Source: Eledone cirrhosa
Lineage: Eukaryota
NCBI GenBank assembly: GCA_964016885.1
Contig: OZ024742.1
Coordinates: 63,364,001-63,428,000 of the forward strand
Length of the DNA stretch: 64,000 nucleotides
Direction: 5' to 3'
Below the pieces are notes generated by a model. That model was not told where the DNA came from and did not search any database. It saw only the letters and a program-made list of their open reading frames with translations. Each line of letters opens with the position of its first letter. Position 1 is the first letter of the stretch. Shown one piece after another: positions 27,152 through 41,779 of the stretch. The position numbers and the translations under genes are program-made.

Positions 27152-27186
27152 CATAAATATATATATATATATATACATACACACAT

Positions 27187-27287
<101 letters not shown>

Positions 27288-27349
27288 CACATATATACAT
27301 ATATATATACACACACACACATATGTATATATATATATATATATATATA

Positions 27350-29730
27350 GTGCTCGAACCAACATCATGACATGGTTCTCTGTGATCTGAGATTCCACCG
27401 TCCAATATACAAACCCAATGTCATCTCTCCTGTCCATCCGTTTGACGCTATGGATTTCCACAATGCAAACTGGGAAGCGATCAGTCATGATCTTGCACAT
27501 GTCGACTGGTCCTTCACGCACACTCATACACCCACTAACATCAAAAAGTCCTGGCAGACATTTGTGGACACTGTTACAAACATATGTGCTAAACACACCC
27601 CATTAAGAACTATAAACAAATCTAAGAGCAGAATCCCTAGAAATAGAAAAACGCTCATCAGAAAAATTAAGAGAACGAACAAAAAAATCAACAAGCTGAA
27701 ATACTGTCAGCAGCAACACATCAACTTGACTGCCATTTCATCACTAGAGATTAAAAAACATAACCTCCAAAACAACATAATGTCCCTCATCAACAATCAG
27801 AGAAGAGCTGAAGAGGCCTGGGCCATTGAGAAGATCAAACTCAATCCCAAAGTGTTCTTTTCATTTGCAAAAAAACACAAAATCACTGGCTCTACTGTTG
27901 GCCCTCTAATTGATGAAAATGGCACTCTTCAAGACAATGCTAAAACCATGGGTGAGATACTGCAGAAACAATACTGCTCTGTTTTCAGCAATCCTGATAT
28001 GGCCGATCTGGGCTGTATCGGCGATGTTACTCCCCATTACACCTTATCGGACATAACGTTTGGCGCCCCTGATGTCTTGGCGGCAATAAAGGAAATCAAG
28101 CATAATTCAGCAGTAGGTCCCGATAGGTTCCCTGCTTGTGTCTTGAAGGCGTGTCAACACCAACTTGCTTCTCCTCTTGCCAATCTGTGGCGGAACTCAC
28201 TGGATGCTGGATATGTGCCAGAAAACCTTCTATCCCAGTCTGTTGTCCCAGTTTTCAAAAAGGGAAACAAATCCCTTGCCGTGAATTACCGTCCAATCTC
28301 ACTCACCTCTCATATCATTAAGGTATTTGAGCGAGTGGTGAGATCGCGAATGACCCACTTCCTTGAGAGTAACAATATGCTGAACTCCAACCAGCATGGA
28401 TTCCGTAATGGAAGGGATTGCCTGACGCAACTACTGCATCACTTTGATGACATTTTGAGAGCCTTGGGAGAGGGTTCCAACACTGATGTTATCTACCTTG
28501 ATTTCAGCAAGGCCTTTGACAGGGTTGATCATAACATTCTACTGAGAAAGCTGTCCAATATTGGTGTCACTGGAAAGCTGCTGCAGTGGATCAAGAGCTT
28601 CCTGTCAAACAGAACCCAACATGTTGTAGTTGAGGGAGTCAAATCAAGCCCAGCCAAAGTCAGTAGTGGAGTCCCACAAGGCACTGTGTTGGGCCCACTT
28701 CTCTTCATCATCTATATTAATGACATCACTGACATCATCAAACACAGCAACATTAAAATTTTCGCTGATGATTCCAAGCTCCAAAAGGTCATCAATGGCG
28801 TGGATGACCGGATAAGCCTTCAGTCAGACCTACTGGCTGTTACCCAATGGGCAGAAAAGAACAACATGTTACTGAACGAAGACAAATTCGAACTGATCCA
28901 CTTTGGAAAAGAGGATGCTCTGAAACTCCCGTACTCCCTTCCCTCCGGGGAAACTCTCGTGGCATCTAACAACATCAGAGACTTGGGAGTAACCGTGGAC
29001 AGCAACATAAGCTGGACCACGCATATAAGCAGCAAAGTTGACATGGCCCGCAGAATGTGTTCCTGGATCCTCAGAACCTTCCAGTCGAGAGATTCCCGCA
29101 CCATTATCCTTCTCTTCTCTACTTTCGCCCGACCACACCTTGAATACTGTTGTCCACTGTGGTCTCCCCACGAAACAAAGTATCATGAAACTTGAAGCTC
29201 CTCAAAGGGCAATCACGAAAAAGATAGATGGCATGTCAGACCTTGACTACTGGGGTCGATTGGAAAACCTGAAACTTTACTCACTCCAACGTCGCCGTGA
29301 GCGTTATATTATCTGCATGATGTGGAAAATGTTCCATCATCACTGCCCAAATGATGCTGGCATCGCCTTCAAGATACACCCAAGGCTTGGGCCCCGTGCT
29401 ATCCGTCCCATTCAAAAATCTAAATCGCAACTCATAACAACAATACGGCACAATTATTTCACCTCAATCGGCCCTGCTCTCTTCAACATCACACCAGGAC
29501 ACGTCAAAACAGAAACTGACCACACAAAATTCAAGAAGTCTTTGGACAAATTCCTCCAAGTAATCCCGGACAAACCACCCACACCCGGATATGTCTCCGC
29601 AAACAGTAATTCTCTTCTCGAATGGGCCATGGTGCCCAAATCCTGAATTGAAAGACTTCGCCAGGTGGTGCTATTAAGTTAGACATGGCCTGGGCCAATA
29701 CTGGCCAAAACATTTCAAAGTTATTCAAAG

Positions 29731-29733
<3 letters not shown>
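27350..29733 (+). mobile_element. Young 5'-truncated CR1/L2-group LINE inserted in (TA)n
   Basis: Long RT ORF, short 3' UTR with a TGGCC...GGCCA stem-loop, and a tandem TTCAAAGTTA tail. (TA)n lies on both sides. Confidence 0.92.
27372..29646 (+). pseudogene. Non-LTR reverse transcriptase ORF2 (endonuclease missing, one frameshift near 29175)
   Basis: NYRPISLTS, QHGFR, YLDFSKAFDRV, SGVPQGTVLGP, FADD and RDLGV lie in the 607-aa ORF. The C-terminus (LYSLQRRRERY...) continues in ORF 29038-29646. Confidence 0.9.
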
Positions 29734-29783
<50 letters not shown>

Positions 29784-29919
29784 TACATATATATGTATAT
29801 AACGCAAAGCATCCAATACAATATTCTAATGTCTCTACCAATTCGCCGTCATACATACACGTGTGTGTGTGTATTCGAACACACACACATGATTTCCCGC
29901 ATTTATACATACATATATG

Positions 29920-29954
<35 letters not shown>

Positions 29955-30028
29955 GTGTATATATACACACATATATATGTCTGTATACACACATACACAC
30001 ACACACATATGTACATACATACACACAG

Positions 30029-30075
<47 letters not shown>

Positions 30076-30227
30076 TGTATGTATGTATGTATGTATGTAT
30101 GTATGGGTGTGTGTATGTGTGTGTATACACACATATATATAGGTGTGCATATACATATATATATATGTGTGTGTATATATACACACATATATAGTGTTAC
30201 CACTACGGATGTTACCTTCCAGTGTTC

Positions 30228-30326
<99 letters not shown>

Positions 30327-30418
30327 GAACAACACTCCTCAGGTATTGGATGGCCGTTGACTTTCAAGGGGTTCCTCTGACCTTTTTAACAGGGTTTTGT
30401 TTTTCGTTTCGTGGAAGG

Positions 30419-30502
<84 letters not shown>

Positions 30503-30541
30503 GATCAGAGCAAACATCACGGACGCTCTATCTCAAAATTA

Positions 30542-30577
30542 TTTTTGAAAAGCATTAGAAATGCGCAACCGGTAAAA
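30542..30577 (+). ncRNA. Hammerhead-like motif with U3-A8 and A13C changes (copies 61082-61119, 62323-62360)
   Basis: TTT TTGAAAA GCAT TAGAA ATGC GCAA CCGG TA AAA has the same geometry as 13698-13735. Confidence 0.5.
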
Positions 30578-30685
30578 CTTAAAACCAAAACTGAATACTA
30601 ACCAATACTATTACTAATTTTCACTTATTCCTAATTAAACTATTTTTCACGGTGAACAATTTGTCAGCATTTTCTTTTCCGTTTA

Positions 30686-30764
<79 letters not shown>

Positions 30765-30939
30765 TGCTTAAAATGGAATGCGAATACGAAGAAAGCAAGG
30801 GCGGCGGGGAGGAGGGGGGGGGTCCTCATCAGTTGTCTACTGGGGGTAAGTGTTGAAATATCCGAGACCCCCAGTAGACAACTGATGAGGAAAACTCCCT
30901 TAGCTCTTGCTTTCTACTTATTCTCACTCCATTTTAAGC
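30765..30939. repeat. Fold-back repeat with a perfect 25-bp inner stem
   Basis: TCCTCATCAGTTGTCTACTGGGGGT / ACCCCCAGTAGACAACTGATGAGGA, with diverged outer arms GCTTAAAATGGA... / ...TCCATTTTAAGC. Confidence 0.8.
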
Positions 30940-30981
30940 TACCTTAAATACCAACTACACAGCCAATCCTATTCTCCATAT

Positions 30982-31174
30982 ATAGGAAAATGTTAGACCC
31001 CGACGGCAGAGCTCAAGCCGTTTCGACGGCTATTTCTGCACCAGAAATAGCCGTCGAAACGGCTTGAGCTCTGCCGTCGGGGTCTAACATTTTCCTATTA
31101 CCCACTCTACTAACCCAAGTATTGAGTACTCTGGTGCGTTATGGTCCATCTGGTTTCTTGCCACACCCCCTTCG

Positions 31175-31175
<1 letters not shown>
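30982..31175 (+). repeat. Fold-back element, perfect 57-bp arms with 3-nt loop plus tail
   Basis: 30982-31038 and 31042-31098 are exact reverse complements. The tail is homologous to 9070-9146. Confidence 0.9.
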
Positions 31176-31227
<52 letters not shown>

Positions 31228-31569
31228 CAACGGGCTTCTGCGATTTCGGTCGACCAAATTTCACCCGCTTGCTCTATACGCTGCGATATATGACTGAACC
31301 CAGAACCATGTTCCTGCGGAGTAAACTCCTTAACAACGCAGCCATGCCAGCTACTATAGAGCTTCAGTACTATCATTATAACCTCACCTCCACCAACAAC
31401 AGCATCGAAACTACGACGACCACCACAACTACACCAACACCCCATCATCATCATCATCATCATCATCACCATCACTACCAACACTAACACCACCACAAAT
31501 CACCTCCACCACCATCACCCCCATAGCAGCAACAATAACAACATACAGACTACTGAAAGTGACACTAAC

Positions 31570-32440
31570 CAACACATATATACACTCACACACACACATA
31601 CAAACCTATATACGCATATATACACTCACACATATACAGACCTACATACACATATATGCACTCACACACACACAAGCCTATATACGTATATATGCACTCA
31701 CACACACACATACAGACCTATATACACATATATACACTCACACATACAAACCTATATACGCATATATACACTCACACACACATATACAGACCTATATACA
31801 CATATATACACTCTCACACACACATACAAACTTATATACACATATATGCACTCACACACACACACATCCAGACCTAATTACACATATATGTACTCACACA
31901 CATACAAGCCTATATACATATATATGCACTTACACACACATATACAGACCTATATACACATATATACACTCACACACACACATACAATCCTATATACGCA
32001 TATATACACTCACACACACACATACAGACCTATATACACATATATGCACTTACACACATACAAGCCTATATACGTATATATGCACTCACACACACATATA
32101 CAGACCTATATACACATATATAAACTCACACACACACATACAAACCTATATACGCATATATACACTCACACACACACATATACAGACCTATATACACATT
32201 TATGCACTTACACACATACAAGCCTATATACGTATATGTGCACTCACACACACATATGCAGACATATATAAACTCACACACACACATATATAAACTCACA
32301 CACACACATAGAAACCTATATACACATATATACACTCACACACACACATACAGACCTATATACACATATGTGCACTCACACACATACAAGCCTATATACA
32401 CACATATACACTCACACACACGTACAAACCTATATACATA
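31570..32440. repeat. Minisatellite, ~30-36-bp CA/TA-rich unit
   Basis: Repeated CACACACATACA(G/A)ACCTATATACACATATATACACT, with recurring AAAC/AGAC/AAGC variants. Confidence 0.85.
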
Positions 32441-32863
32441 TATACACAAACACACATACACATATATACACACTCAAATACATACATACACATACATACA
32501 CCTAGACACACACATACATAGACACACATAGACATACATATACACACACACATACATACATACATACATACATACATACATACATACATACATACATAGA
32601 CACACATATACACATACATACACACATACATACATACACACATAGACACATATACACATACATACATACACACATAGACACATATATACACACACATACA
32701 TACATACATACATACACACATACACACACATACATACATACATACACACATACACACACATACATACATATATACATACATACATTCAAACATACATATA
32801 TACACACATATACACACATATACACACATATACACACATATACACACATGTGTGTGTGTGTGT

Positions 32864-32894
<31 letters not shown>

Positions 32895-33114
32895 CAGACA
32901 CGTACATACACACATACGTTCACTAATTATACATTTACAGAAGTACTTAATGAACTCTGACAAATTGTTTTGTCTATAATCTTACTCATACCAATACATA
33001 CACACACACGCGCGTGTGTATGTTTGTGTGTATATATATATGTGTGTGTTCATATATATATATATATATGTATGTATATATAGATAGATAGGATACATTA
33101 ACATATATGTATAT

Positions 33115-33200
<86 letters not shown>

Positions 33201-33279
33201 TATATATATACATATATGTATATATATACATATATATATATATAAACATATATATATATATACATATATATATACATAT

Positions 33280-33339
<60 letters not shown>

Positions 33340-33454
33340 CACACACATATATATATATATATATAAAAGGATCGATCGACTTTCGTTAAATCGGACCGAG
33401 GAAACAATGTTTCCGTCGTGTCTTGCTCAAGGACATAACGCATCGCCCGGTCCA

Positions 33455-33521
<67 letters not shown>

Positions 33522-33539
33522 TATATACATATATATACA

Positions 33540-33641
<102 letters not shown>

Positions 33642-35211
33642 GAGAAAGTGTGAAAGAAAGAGGTAAAAGAGAGGCATTGAACGAAAAAAAAATAACAAGG
33701 GAAGTTAGGCTAAAAGTTAGTAGTGTCGCTCAGAACAAACGTTATTCGCGACAGTTTGGACATATAAAAACCACGGCAAATTTCTTATTTTATTCTGTAT
33801 ATAAGCAACAAAACTGGAAGAGAAGAAAAGGATGTGACGTAACAATACGTAAACAAACATTTTTAGTAAGATGGAAAGAAGGACAGATCTTTTGGACTGT
33901 GTAAGTGACTGAGAACGTGTGTATATGTGTAACGTCCAGACGAATATCGTCCACCTCCCACTAACTTATACTCCGCCTTTTGGTTCCGGCCAACAGGATG
34001 GAGAATGCAATGACCCGGAGGCTACGAGGGTCCTACACTGGAACAGCCACTCCACATCACGGGATAGCATCTGTTGGCTGCCAACTCCGCTCCGATATCA
34101 GTGAGCAGGGTTATGTTAAAAGGTTGTAACAAAATGATATTCCTTAAATATACGTATGGCAGGCTCATGTCCAATAGTTCGATCTACCATCATAGAGTTA
34201 TGTCCCTTTATGGTCTGAGTTCAAATCCCGCCGAGGTTAACTTTGCCTTTTATCCTTACGGGGTCGATAAAATAAAGTACCAGTAATGCATTGATATAAT
34301 TGTTGGCCTTGTGCCAAAAGTAGAAACAATTATTATAAGTTTATTCAGGTCAAATTCTACATCCTGTCATCCGGGATCACGAGGCGGAAATAAGTATCAA
34401 TTCGGGTTTATATTTTACCGATTGTTTACTCACTAGACCGAATCGAGAAAAGGCAAACGTGACATCAATAAAGAATATTCATGTTCACGGGAACGAACGT
34501 ACGCCGTGTTATGAGTATCAGAGAAGTCATTCTCAAATCATACGTTACTTTTTAATAATTGTTTCTACTTTAGGCACAAGGCCAGCAATTTGAAGGGGAG
34601 GGGAAAGTCGATCAAAGTGACCCAGTAAGTTACTGGAGCTTTATTTTATCAAGTCCGTTAAAAATGAAAGGCAAAGCTATACTCGGCGGGATTTGGACTC
34701 AGAAGGTAACGGGCCATAACTCTATGCCACAAAGTATGGTGTCCGACGCTCTAATAATTCTGCGAATCCACTAATAATTGTTTCTACTTTTGGCACAAGG
34801 TATTACTGGTACTTTATTTTATCAACCCCGTAAGGATGAAAGGTAAAGTTAACCTCAGCAGGATTTGAACTCAGACCATAAAGGGACGTAACTCTTTGCT
34901 GCAAAGCATGGCGTCTGACCCTCTACCGATAAACATATTACGTTATAAAGTCGAAGCAAGGCTCTATTCTTTGAAGTATATTAACTTTAAACAAGACGAG
35001 ATTTTTTCTGCGTTTAATTGGGTGGAACTTTTTCAGCCAGAGACACGTCGTTAAATCTAAGCAAATAGTACACGCATCGAAAGTAATGTTCTGATATAAT
35101 TTCTTGTTTGTTTGAAAGAGATAAATCTGACCGTTACGATACTGTAGCTCAACCCGAGTAGTCCGTGTGATGGAGTCGCCACTGATATATACATACATGT
35201 ATGTAAATTTC

Positions 35212-35527
35212 GAATATTGAAAGGCTGACGGCCACCGCCGTCTAGCGGATTCCAGCAGAAGCAGGGGGGGAGGGCAGCTGTCCGTGCGCATTTCGAGAAT
35301 TTTAATTCTACTTTTAAGTTGAGCCAACTCATATGCAAATGAGACTAATCAGCCCGCATACACAGGCGAAGAAACTATATATTTTCGCCTGTTTCAAGTT
35401 CTAGCAGAGAGCGGGAGAAGCACTGTCCTGATGAAAACCATAGCTCGAAATGTGCATAGACAGTTATCCCCCGCTGCTTCTGCTGGAATCCGCTAGACGG
35501 CGCTGGCCGTCCGCCTTTCAATATTCA
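35212..35527 (+). repeat. Fold-back element containing a hammerhead
   Basis: 35212-35297 is an imperfect reverse complement of 35444-35527 (GCCGTCTAGCGGATTCCAGCAGAAGCAG / CTGCTTCTGCTGGAATCCGCTAGACGGC). Confidence 0.8.
35422..35464 (+). ncRNA. Type I minimal hammerhead motif (stem II partly mutated)
   Basis: ACTGTC CTGATGA AAAC CATA GCTC GAAA T-GTGC-A TA GACAGT. The inverted arm preserves the loop as GCGC. Confidence 0.65.
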
Positions 35528-35699
35528 TAGCTGGGCCTTCAAAATGTTTATTTATTAAACATATCGTATATTCTTAGCTAGGCGAAATTCTCACACACAC
35601 ATATATATATATAGAGAGATAGAGGTGTGTGTGTGTGTGTGTGTGTGTGTGTTGCCATTTTATATATGAAAAGTTATTTTTTAAATTTTGACACATGTC

Positions 35700-37395
35700 A
35701 CTTCTCAGCAGAGATGTTCTGCCAGAGATCGGGTTGCAGGTGGCGGATAGCGATACAGCCACCAGGTATAATTGTTAGGTGATTAAGCTACCAGATATAA
35801 TAAGGGGACTCCTGCTTAACCAATAAGCAACACCGGACCAACAGCAGTAAACTACTAGGGGAGCTGGAGTAATGAGTGACACATTTAACTCCCAAGAAAC
35901 CTCTCACAGTCCAGTGATGAAGCTACAACGTGACCGCGTCTAAAAATGCCTTGTCTTCGAGGGTCTGACAAAAGTACCTGAATCGTGACTGGCGGAAGTA
36001 AGACCACTAAAACTGCAATATAGTTAGAGGAAATAAAAACAACCATACCGCATCGTCCTTCGTGCTGGTTAACAAGGGACGCGTTCAAGCCCTAGGTGTC
36101 TGTTCGAAACATATTGCAGTCTCTATCGCATGCTGCAAGAACTGGCGATGGGCCTATAATAAGTCCTGGAGGCGTGGAATGGATGCACAAACATTGCGTA
36201 TCCTGAGACCTCAAAGAGGGTTCGGAAGGGAGCAAACCGTAGCCATTGGAACTTGGAACATCACAACCCTTACAGGTAAGGAGCGGGAACTAGTGTAGAA
36301 TTCCAGATGCTACCGGCTAGATATAGTAGGGGGTTCTTAAACAAGGTTCCGTGACTTTGATACTGTAGATTTGGATGGAGGGTAGAAATGACTGCACGGA
36401 CGGGAGTGGGAATTCTCACAACACCCCGGTTGTCAGAATGTCTTATGGACTGGATGCTATTAGAAGTGTAGTTGAAAGATAAGTCTCTGTGAGTGGAGCA
36501 AGTTTATGCACCAAACAAGGAGTCTGAATACAGATCCTTCTTTGATCCTTCGTTGCAGCGTTAGATGTAGTTATGACTGAGTCGTATATCCTTATGTAAG
36601 ACATAAATGGACGTGTTGGTACTGACCATCTGATAAGATGAGTAATTGGAAGGAACGATGATCGTGATCTAAGTACGAATGGAGAAGCCTTATTAGATTT
36701 ATTTTCTAGTAATGGGCTCTCTATTATGATCACCTTCTTCCAGCACAGAGACATTCATAAATACACATCTTAAAAGGGGAATCAGGGGCATAGAAAAATA
36801 ATTGATTTTGTTATTGTCTATGATCTCTTCGATTCTATGCTGGATGTTCGTATTAAGAAAGGGGCTAAAATGTCAACTGATCACCATCTAGTTATCTGCA
36901 ACTTGAAACTACCTAAAGCCAAGCAAGCCCACAAAATAAAGACCTACAGAATAAAGTGTGAAGTTTTGGCGGATAAGAAATTCAGGACCAGATATACTGT
37001 TGCAAATAAATTCAGAGAACTCCCTGAGCAAATTAAGGACGTTAAAACGACGTAGACACAGTTTAGCTTGGCAGTTTCAGCTTCAGCTGTTAAATGCTGT
37101 AGGCAAAGGCAGCTTGGTGTGCCGCTGGGTGGCAGGTGGGGCCTTTGTTTCAATCAAGAGGTCAAAGATGCCACCCGAGCAAAAGAGTGCTACAAAGGCT
37201 AGCTTGAAAATAAGTCATCCTTCTGGCATTTGTGGTAAAAGCACGCGCGAAAAGTCGTAGCAGAGGTAGTGAAGGCGTCCAAAGTTAAGGCATGGGAAAA
37301 ATTTTGTTTCTAGCTGGAATCCGACTTCAGATTAGCAAACAAATTGTTCTGGAAGACCATCCACCAACTTCATAAAATAAGAATTCCTCCTCTAC
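35700..37395 (+). mobile_element. Second copy of the RTE-clade LINE relic (5' UTR and endonuclease), 3'-truncated
   Basis: Colinear with the reverse complement of ~2040-3795. Contains GTWNITTLTGKERELV and STDHHLVICNL. Confidence 0.85.
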
Positions 37396-39682
37396 ACCTA
37401 CTATCATGTCCATCATCCCTGTTGTAGATCCGTACCAACTAGACCAACATAGCCTCACCTGGTCGCACCTGACCACACCCGGCCTCATTTGGCCCAGCTG
37501 GTTTCATTTAGTCTCATCTGGACCTTTTAGCCACACCTAGCCACACCTGGCCTCACCTAGCCAACTCGACTCACTTGACCTCATCTGTGCTCTCCTGGCT
37601 CAACTGAGCTACATATAAAAATACACACACAAAACAAAAGTAGGTAATCATGACGTCAAACAGAGGGCCACCCTGCTTTTATACCCATTCTGAATTGTCA
37701 TGACTCAATACAGATGTCGCAGCGGTGGTTGTTATTCTGGTATTGAAACTGCAAATTGTGGTGAATTTTCTTACGATACTAGGACTTTCTTGAGAAAGGA
37801 TATAGAGATTGAGGGATAGCCGTCTACTATATCGATTGAGTTAATCTGCAGATTAACTTTGCTCCAGTTCACTCTGACAGTAATAATGAGTTTCCAAGCT
37901 GTATCAGCCTTTGCCATACACCTGGGCTACATCGGTATCAATTTCATGGAGCCATTTAAGACGGTGGTACTACAATTCCATTGTACCAGCCTCGTTATGT
38001 TTATAACTCTATGTTAAACTGTGTTGCGGAAGCACGTGCTGAATAATGCCATTTCTCTCAACTTTTACATGGAATGAACATTGAAGCTGGCTTTCTTATC
38101 CTAAATGGTGATGTGGGTCCTGCACATGACCAGGTGCTTCAATTGGTATTTCATTTTTAAATGTGAAGCTTGTATTTCGTTTCTATATTTATGATGTTAT
38201 AAGTAATTGTTTCTTCTTTTGGGCACAAGGCCAGCAATTATTCCAGTGCATTACTGGTACTTTATTTTATCGACCCCGTAAGGATGAAAGGCAAAGTTGA
38301 CCTCGGTGGGATTTGAACTCAGACCATAAAGGGCCATAACTCTTTGCTGCAAAGCATGGCGTTAGACCCTCTACCGATAAGTGAAGACATAATGGTTAGG
38401 CTGTTGGTCATGAGTTCGATTCCTGGACTGAGAAATGCATTTTAAAAATACCCATGACATGCTGTATGTCACTATGGCGCCCCTTCGACTCCATCAGGAG
38501 TTACGGGTCCATATACACATACAGTGTTACTTGTCATACATTTAGAGTATGTTGTACCGTGTAGTTCATATATGTTCCTTGTTTTGTCTGTAACTATATA
38601 AATTGTGTGGAGGTTGGAGGTTATTATTTGAAAACTATCGTGTAACTGTTTAAATTGTTTTGAAAGGTGTTGGTTTGGTGTCAGAAACGTCAGAAAATTT
38701 TGTTTGTGTTGGTTAGTTCCTTTGTTTGTTAACATGTGGGGAGGGACAACGTGGCTTAATGGTAATTCAATGGACTAGTCTTGTCACACAGTGTGTCATC
38801 CTGAAACTCCTTGAGAACTACGTTAACGGTACACATGTATGTGAAATACTTAGCCACTTGCACGTTAATTTCACAAGCAGGCTGATCCGTTAATCAAACA
38901 ATTGGAGCGCGTGTTGTCGGAAGCGATGAAACTCCAATCACAGCATGCTGCACGCGTATGTGTAAAGATCAAAAGGTAAATTAGGTATTCGAAATAGAGA
39001 ACTCGATAAAAAAAAGTACTAATTAGTACTAGTGCCGAAATTATCTTGGCAGTATGGGTGGAGCGTCGGACAACACGCTTTATGGCATAGAGTTACGGCC
39101 CTTTACGATCTGAGTTCAAATCCTGTCGAGGTTAACTTTGCCATCCAACCTTACGGGATCGGTAAAATAAAGTACCAGTAATTCACTGTGTCAATTTAAT
39201 CGACTTCCTCCTTCCTCAAAATCGTTGGCCTTATGCCTAAATCAAAAACCGATATTATCGACTCTTCTTTTATTGGTTTTAGTCATTAGACTGTGACCAC
39301 GCTATGGTATCGCTTTGAAGGGATTTAGTTGATCATATCGATCCCAGTATTTTTTTTTTTTAAATCTGATAGAGATACTTTTAATCCGGACATAATTATA
39401 AGCGAGCATCTGAATTTCTTATGACCCACCAAAGTAGATTACTGGGTGGCTAGTTATTTTCAATCATTTACATATGTTACAGTCCCTCAGGTGAACTGGG
39501 GAAATTCATATTTGACTTCCATTTATCCTTATTGTCAAAACATTTGCACCTTTATGTTATAGTTAAAGTGTAAAGAAAGTCTTTCTGCCTTTCTAAGGTG
39601 TAAATAGAGTGACTTAGGTCTTCATAATATCTTATATTAGTATAGTTAAAATGTAGAAAGAGTGTATCTACCTTTATAATGT

Positions 39683-40890
39683 TCAGTAGAGCGTCGGACG
39701 AAATGCTTCGTGGTATAGAGTTACGGCCCTTTACGTTTTGAGTTTAAATCTCGCCGAGGTTAGCTTTGCCATTCATCCTTACGGGGTCGATGAAATAAAG
39801 TACCAGTAATACACTGGGATAATTGCTGGCCTTGTGCCAAAAGTAGAAACAATTATTAGTGAATTCACAGTATTAGTAGAGCGTCGGACACCATGGGTTG
39901 ATATAATCGACTTTCCCCTCCCCGAAAATTTGCTGGCCTTGTGCCTAAAGTAGAAACAATTATTATAGTTATGGTATAGGGAGGATGTTTCCATCTTTGA
40001 ATGTTATATTATTGTGGATTGGCAGTATCGGTAGAGGGTCAGACGCCATGCTTTGCAGCAAAGAGTTACGACCCTTTATGATCTAAGTTCAAATCCGCTA
40101 GGGTTAACTTTGCCTTTCATCCTTACGGGGTCGATAAAATAAAGTACCAGTAATGCACTGGGATAATTGCTGGCCTTGTGCCAAAAGTAGAAATAATTAT
40201 TGTACAACAGTGGATTGGCAGGTCGGTAGAGGATCGGACGCCATGCTTTGCAGCAAAGAGTTACTTCCCTTTACGGGCTGAGTTCAAATCCCGCCGAGGT
40301 TAACTTTGCCTTTCATCCTTACGGGGTCGATGAAATAAAGTACCAGTAATACACTGGGATAATTGCTGGCCTTGTGCCAAAAAGTAGAAACAATTATTGT
40401 ACAGGTAAAATTGTGTTTTAACGAATACAATTATAACGAATTTCTCAGTATAACGAATTTTTTCTATCCCCGGCCCCACGCTCGATGTGTTAGGTCGATC
40501 TCGTTATAAAGAATTTTTCGTTACAACGAATTTTTTTTAATACCCCGTGAATTTCGTTATAACGGAATTTCACTGTAATTAAGATGTAAGTAGTGAATAT
40601 CAACCTTCATGGTGTTATATCATGATTGTTAAGGTGTAGGGGGAGTGTATCTACCTTCATGATGTTATGTTATGACAGTTTAGGTGTAGGGAGAATGTAT
40701 CTACGGATTGGCAGTATCGGTAGAGAGTCGGACGCCATGCTTTGACGCATAGAGTTACGGCCCTTGCCAATCTGAGTTCAAATCCCGCCGAGGTTAACTT
40801 TGCATTTCATCCTTACGGGAGTCGATAAAATAAAGTACCACTAATGCACTGGGTTATTGCTGGCCTTGTGCCAAAAGTAGAAACAATTGT
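39683..40890 (+). mobile_element. Cluster of five co-oriented SINE copies within a ~45-50-bp minisatellite
   Basis: Copies at ~39683-39857, 39858-39963, 40013-40202, 40210-40398 and 40705-40890. Spacers resemble GTTAAGGTGTAGGGAGAGTGTATCTACCTTCATGAT. Confidence 0.8.
40400..40577. mobile_element. Tc1/pogo(Tigger)-like MITE
   Basis: TA-CAG...CTG-TA ends with internally repeated TATAACGAATT / TTCGTTATAACG motifs. Confidence 0.6.
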
Positions 40891-41333
40891 AGTTAAGGTA
40901 TAAGAGGATGTTTCCATCTTCGTAATGTGTTTGTAAGGGATAAACGAAGGTATATTGTAAAGGTTTTGTAGCGAAAATGTTATTAATAACGTGGCAACAG
41001 TCTCCGAGGAATTTATCCTGAATTATTATTAAGTAACCTGTTAGTCCGGCATTGGGTAATTCGGCACGTGTTTGGAACAAAAGGTACAGAAAATCGGTGT
41101 TGTGTTTTGTACTTATTTCATCGATCTCTTTTGGTCGAATTATTGTTACGAAACATACACAGTCACACACATGCTTGCGTACATAGACACACAGAAAGAG
41201 AGAGAAAGAGAATGAAGTTACATACACACATAAAATTTATATATGAATAGTAAAAAGTAAACGGGTCTCCGTTGCGACGACTCATTGTTCAATCAAATGA
41301 CCTGCTTACACGTTGAATTACAGTTTAAATGGT

Positions 41334-41385
<52 letters not shown>

Positions 41386-41388
41386 TGA

Positions 41389-41437
41389 GATTCTACAGGA
41401 CTAGAACTGTTTCATTCTTTAGAAATCATCAGGAATC
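41389..41437 (-). ncRNA. Type I hammerhead with 3-bp stem III (second copy 43449-43495 -)
   Basis: Minus strand reads GATTC CTGATGA T-TTC TAAA GAA-T GAAA CAG TTCTAGTC CTG TA GAATC. It is flanked by (TA)n. Confidence 0.7.
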
Positions 41438-41441
41438 AGAA

Positions 41442-41493
<52 letters not shown>

Positions 41494-41728
41494 CCGGTGA
41501 TATCATCAGGTATTCGAAATATAATAGGTAAAATCGAGACCCGAGGGCGACCGCTATTCTGTTCCTTCAACCTCAGCCGGTCGCCCTGGAAATGTGGTAA
41601 GGAACCAGATGAACCATAACGCACCAGAGTACTCAATACTTAGCGTAGTAGAGTGGGAAATAGAAAAAAGTATGACCCGACGTCGAAACGGCTTGAGCTC
41701 TGCCGTCGGGGTCATACTTTTTCCTATA

Positions 41729-41779
<51 letters not shown>

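Noticed and set aside
31570-32440. Regularly spaced ~33-bp repeats resembling a CRISPR array
   Set aside because: There are no unique spacers and no cas genes, and the context is eukaryotic. It is a minisatellite.
37720-38160. Possible PHD-type ORF1 or endonuclease remnant on the minus strand
   Set aside because: Too decayed to support by eye. It would need a translated HMM search.
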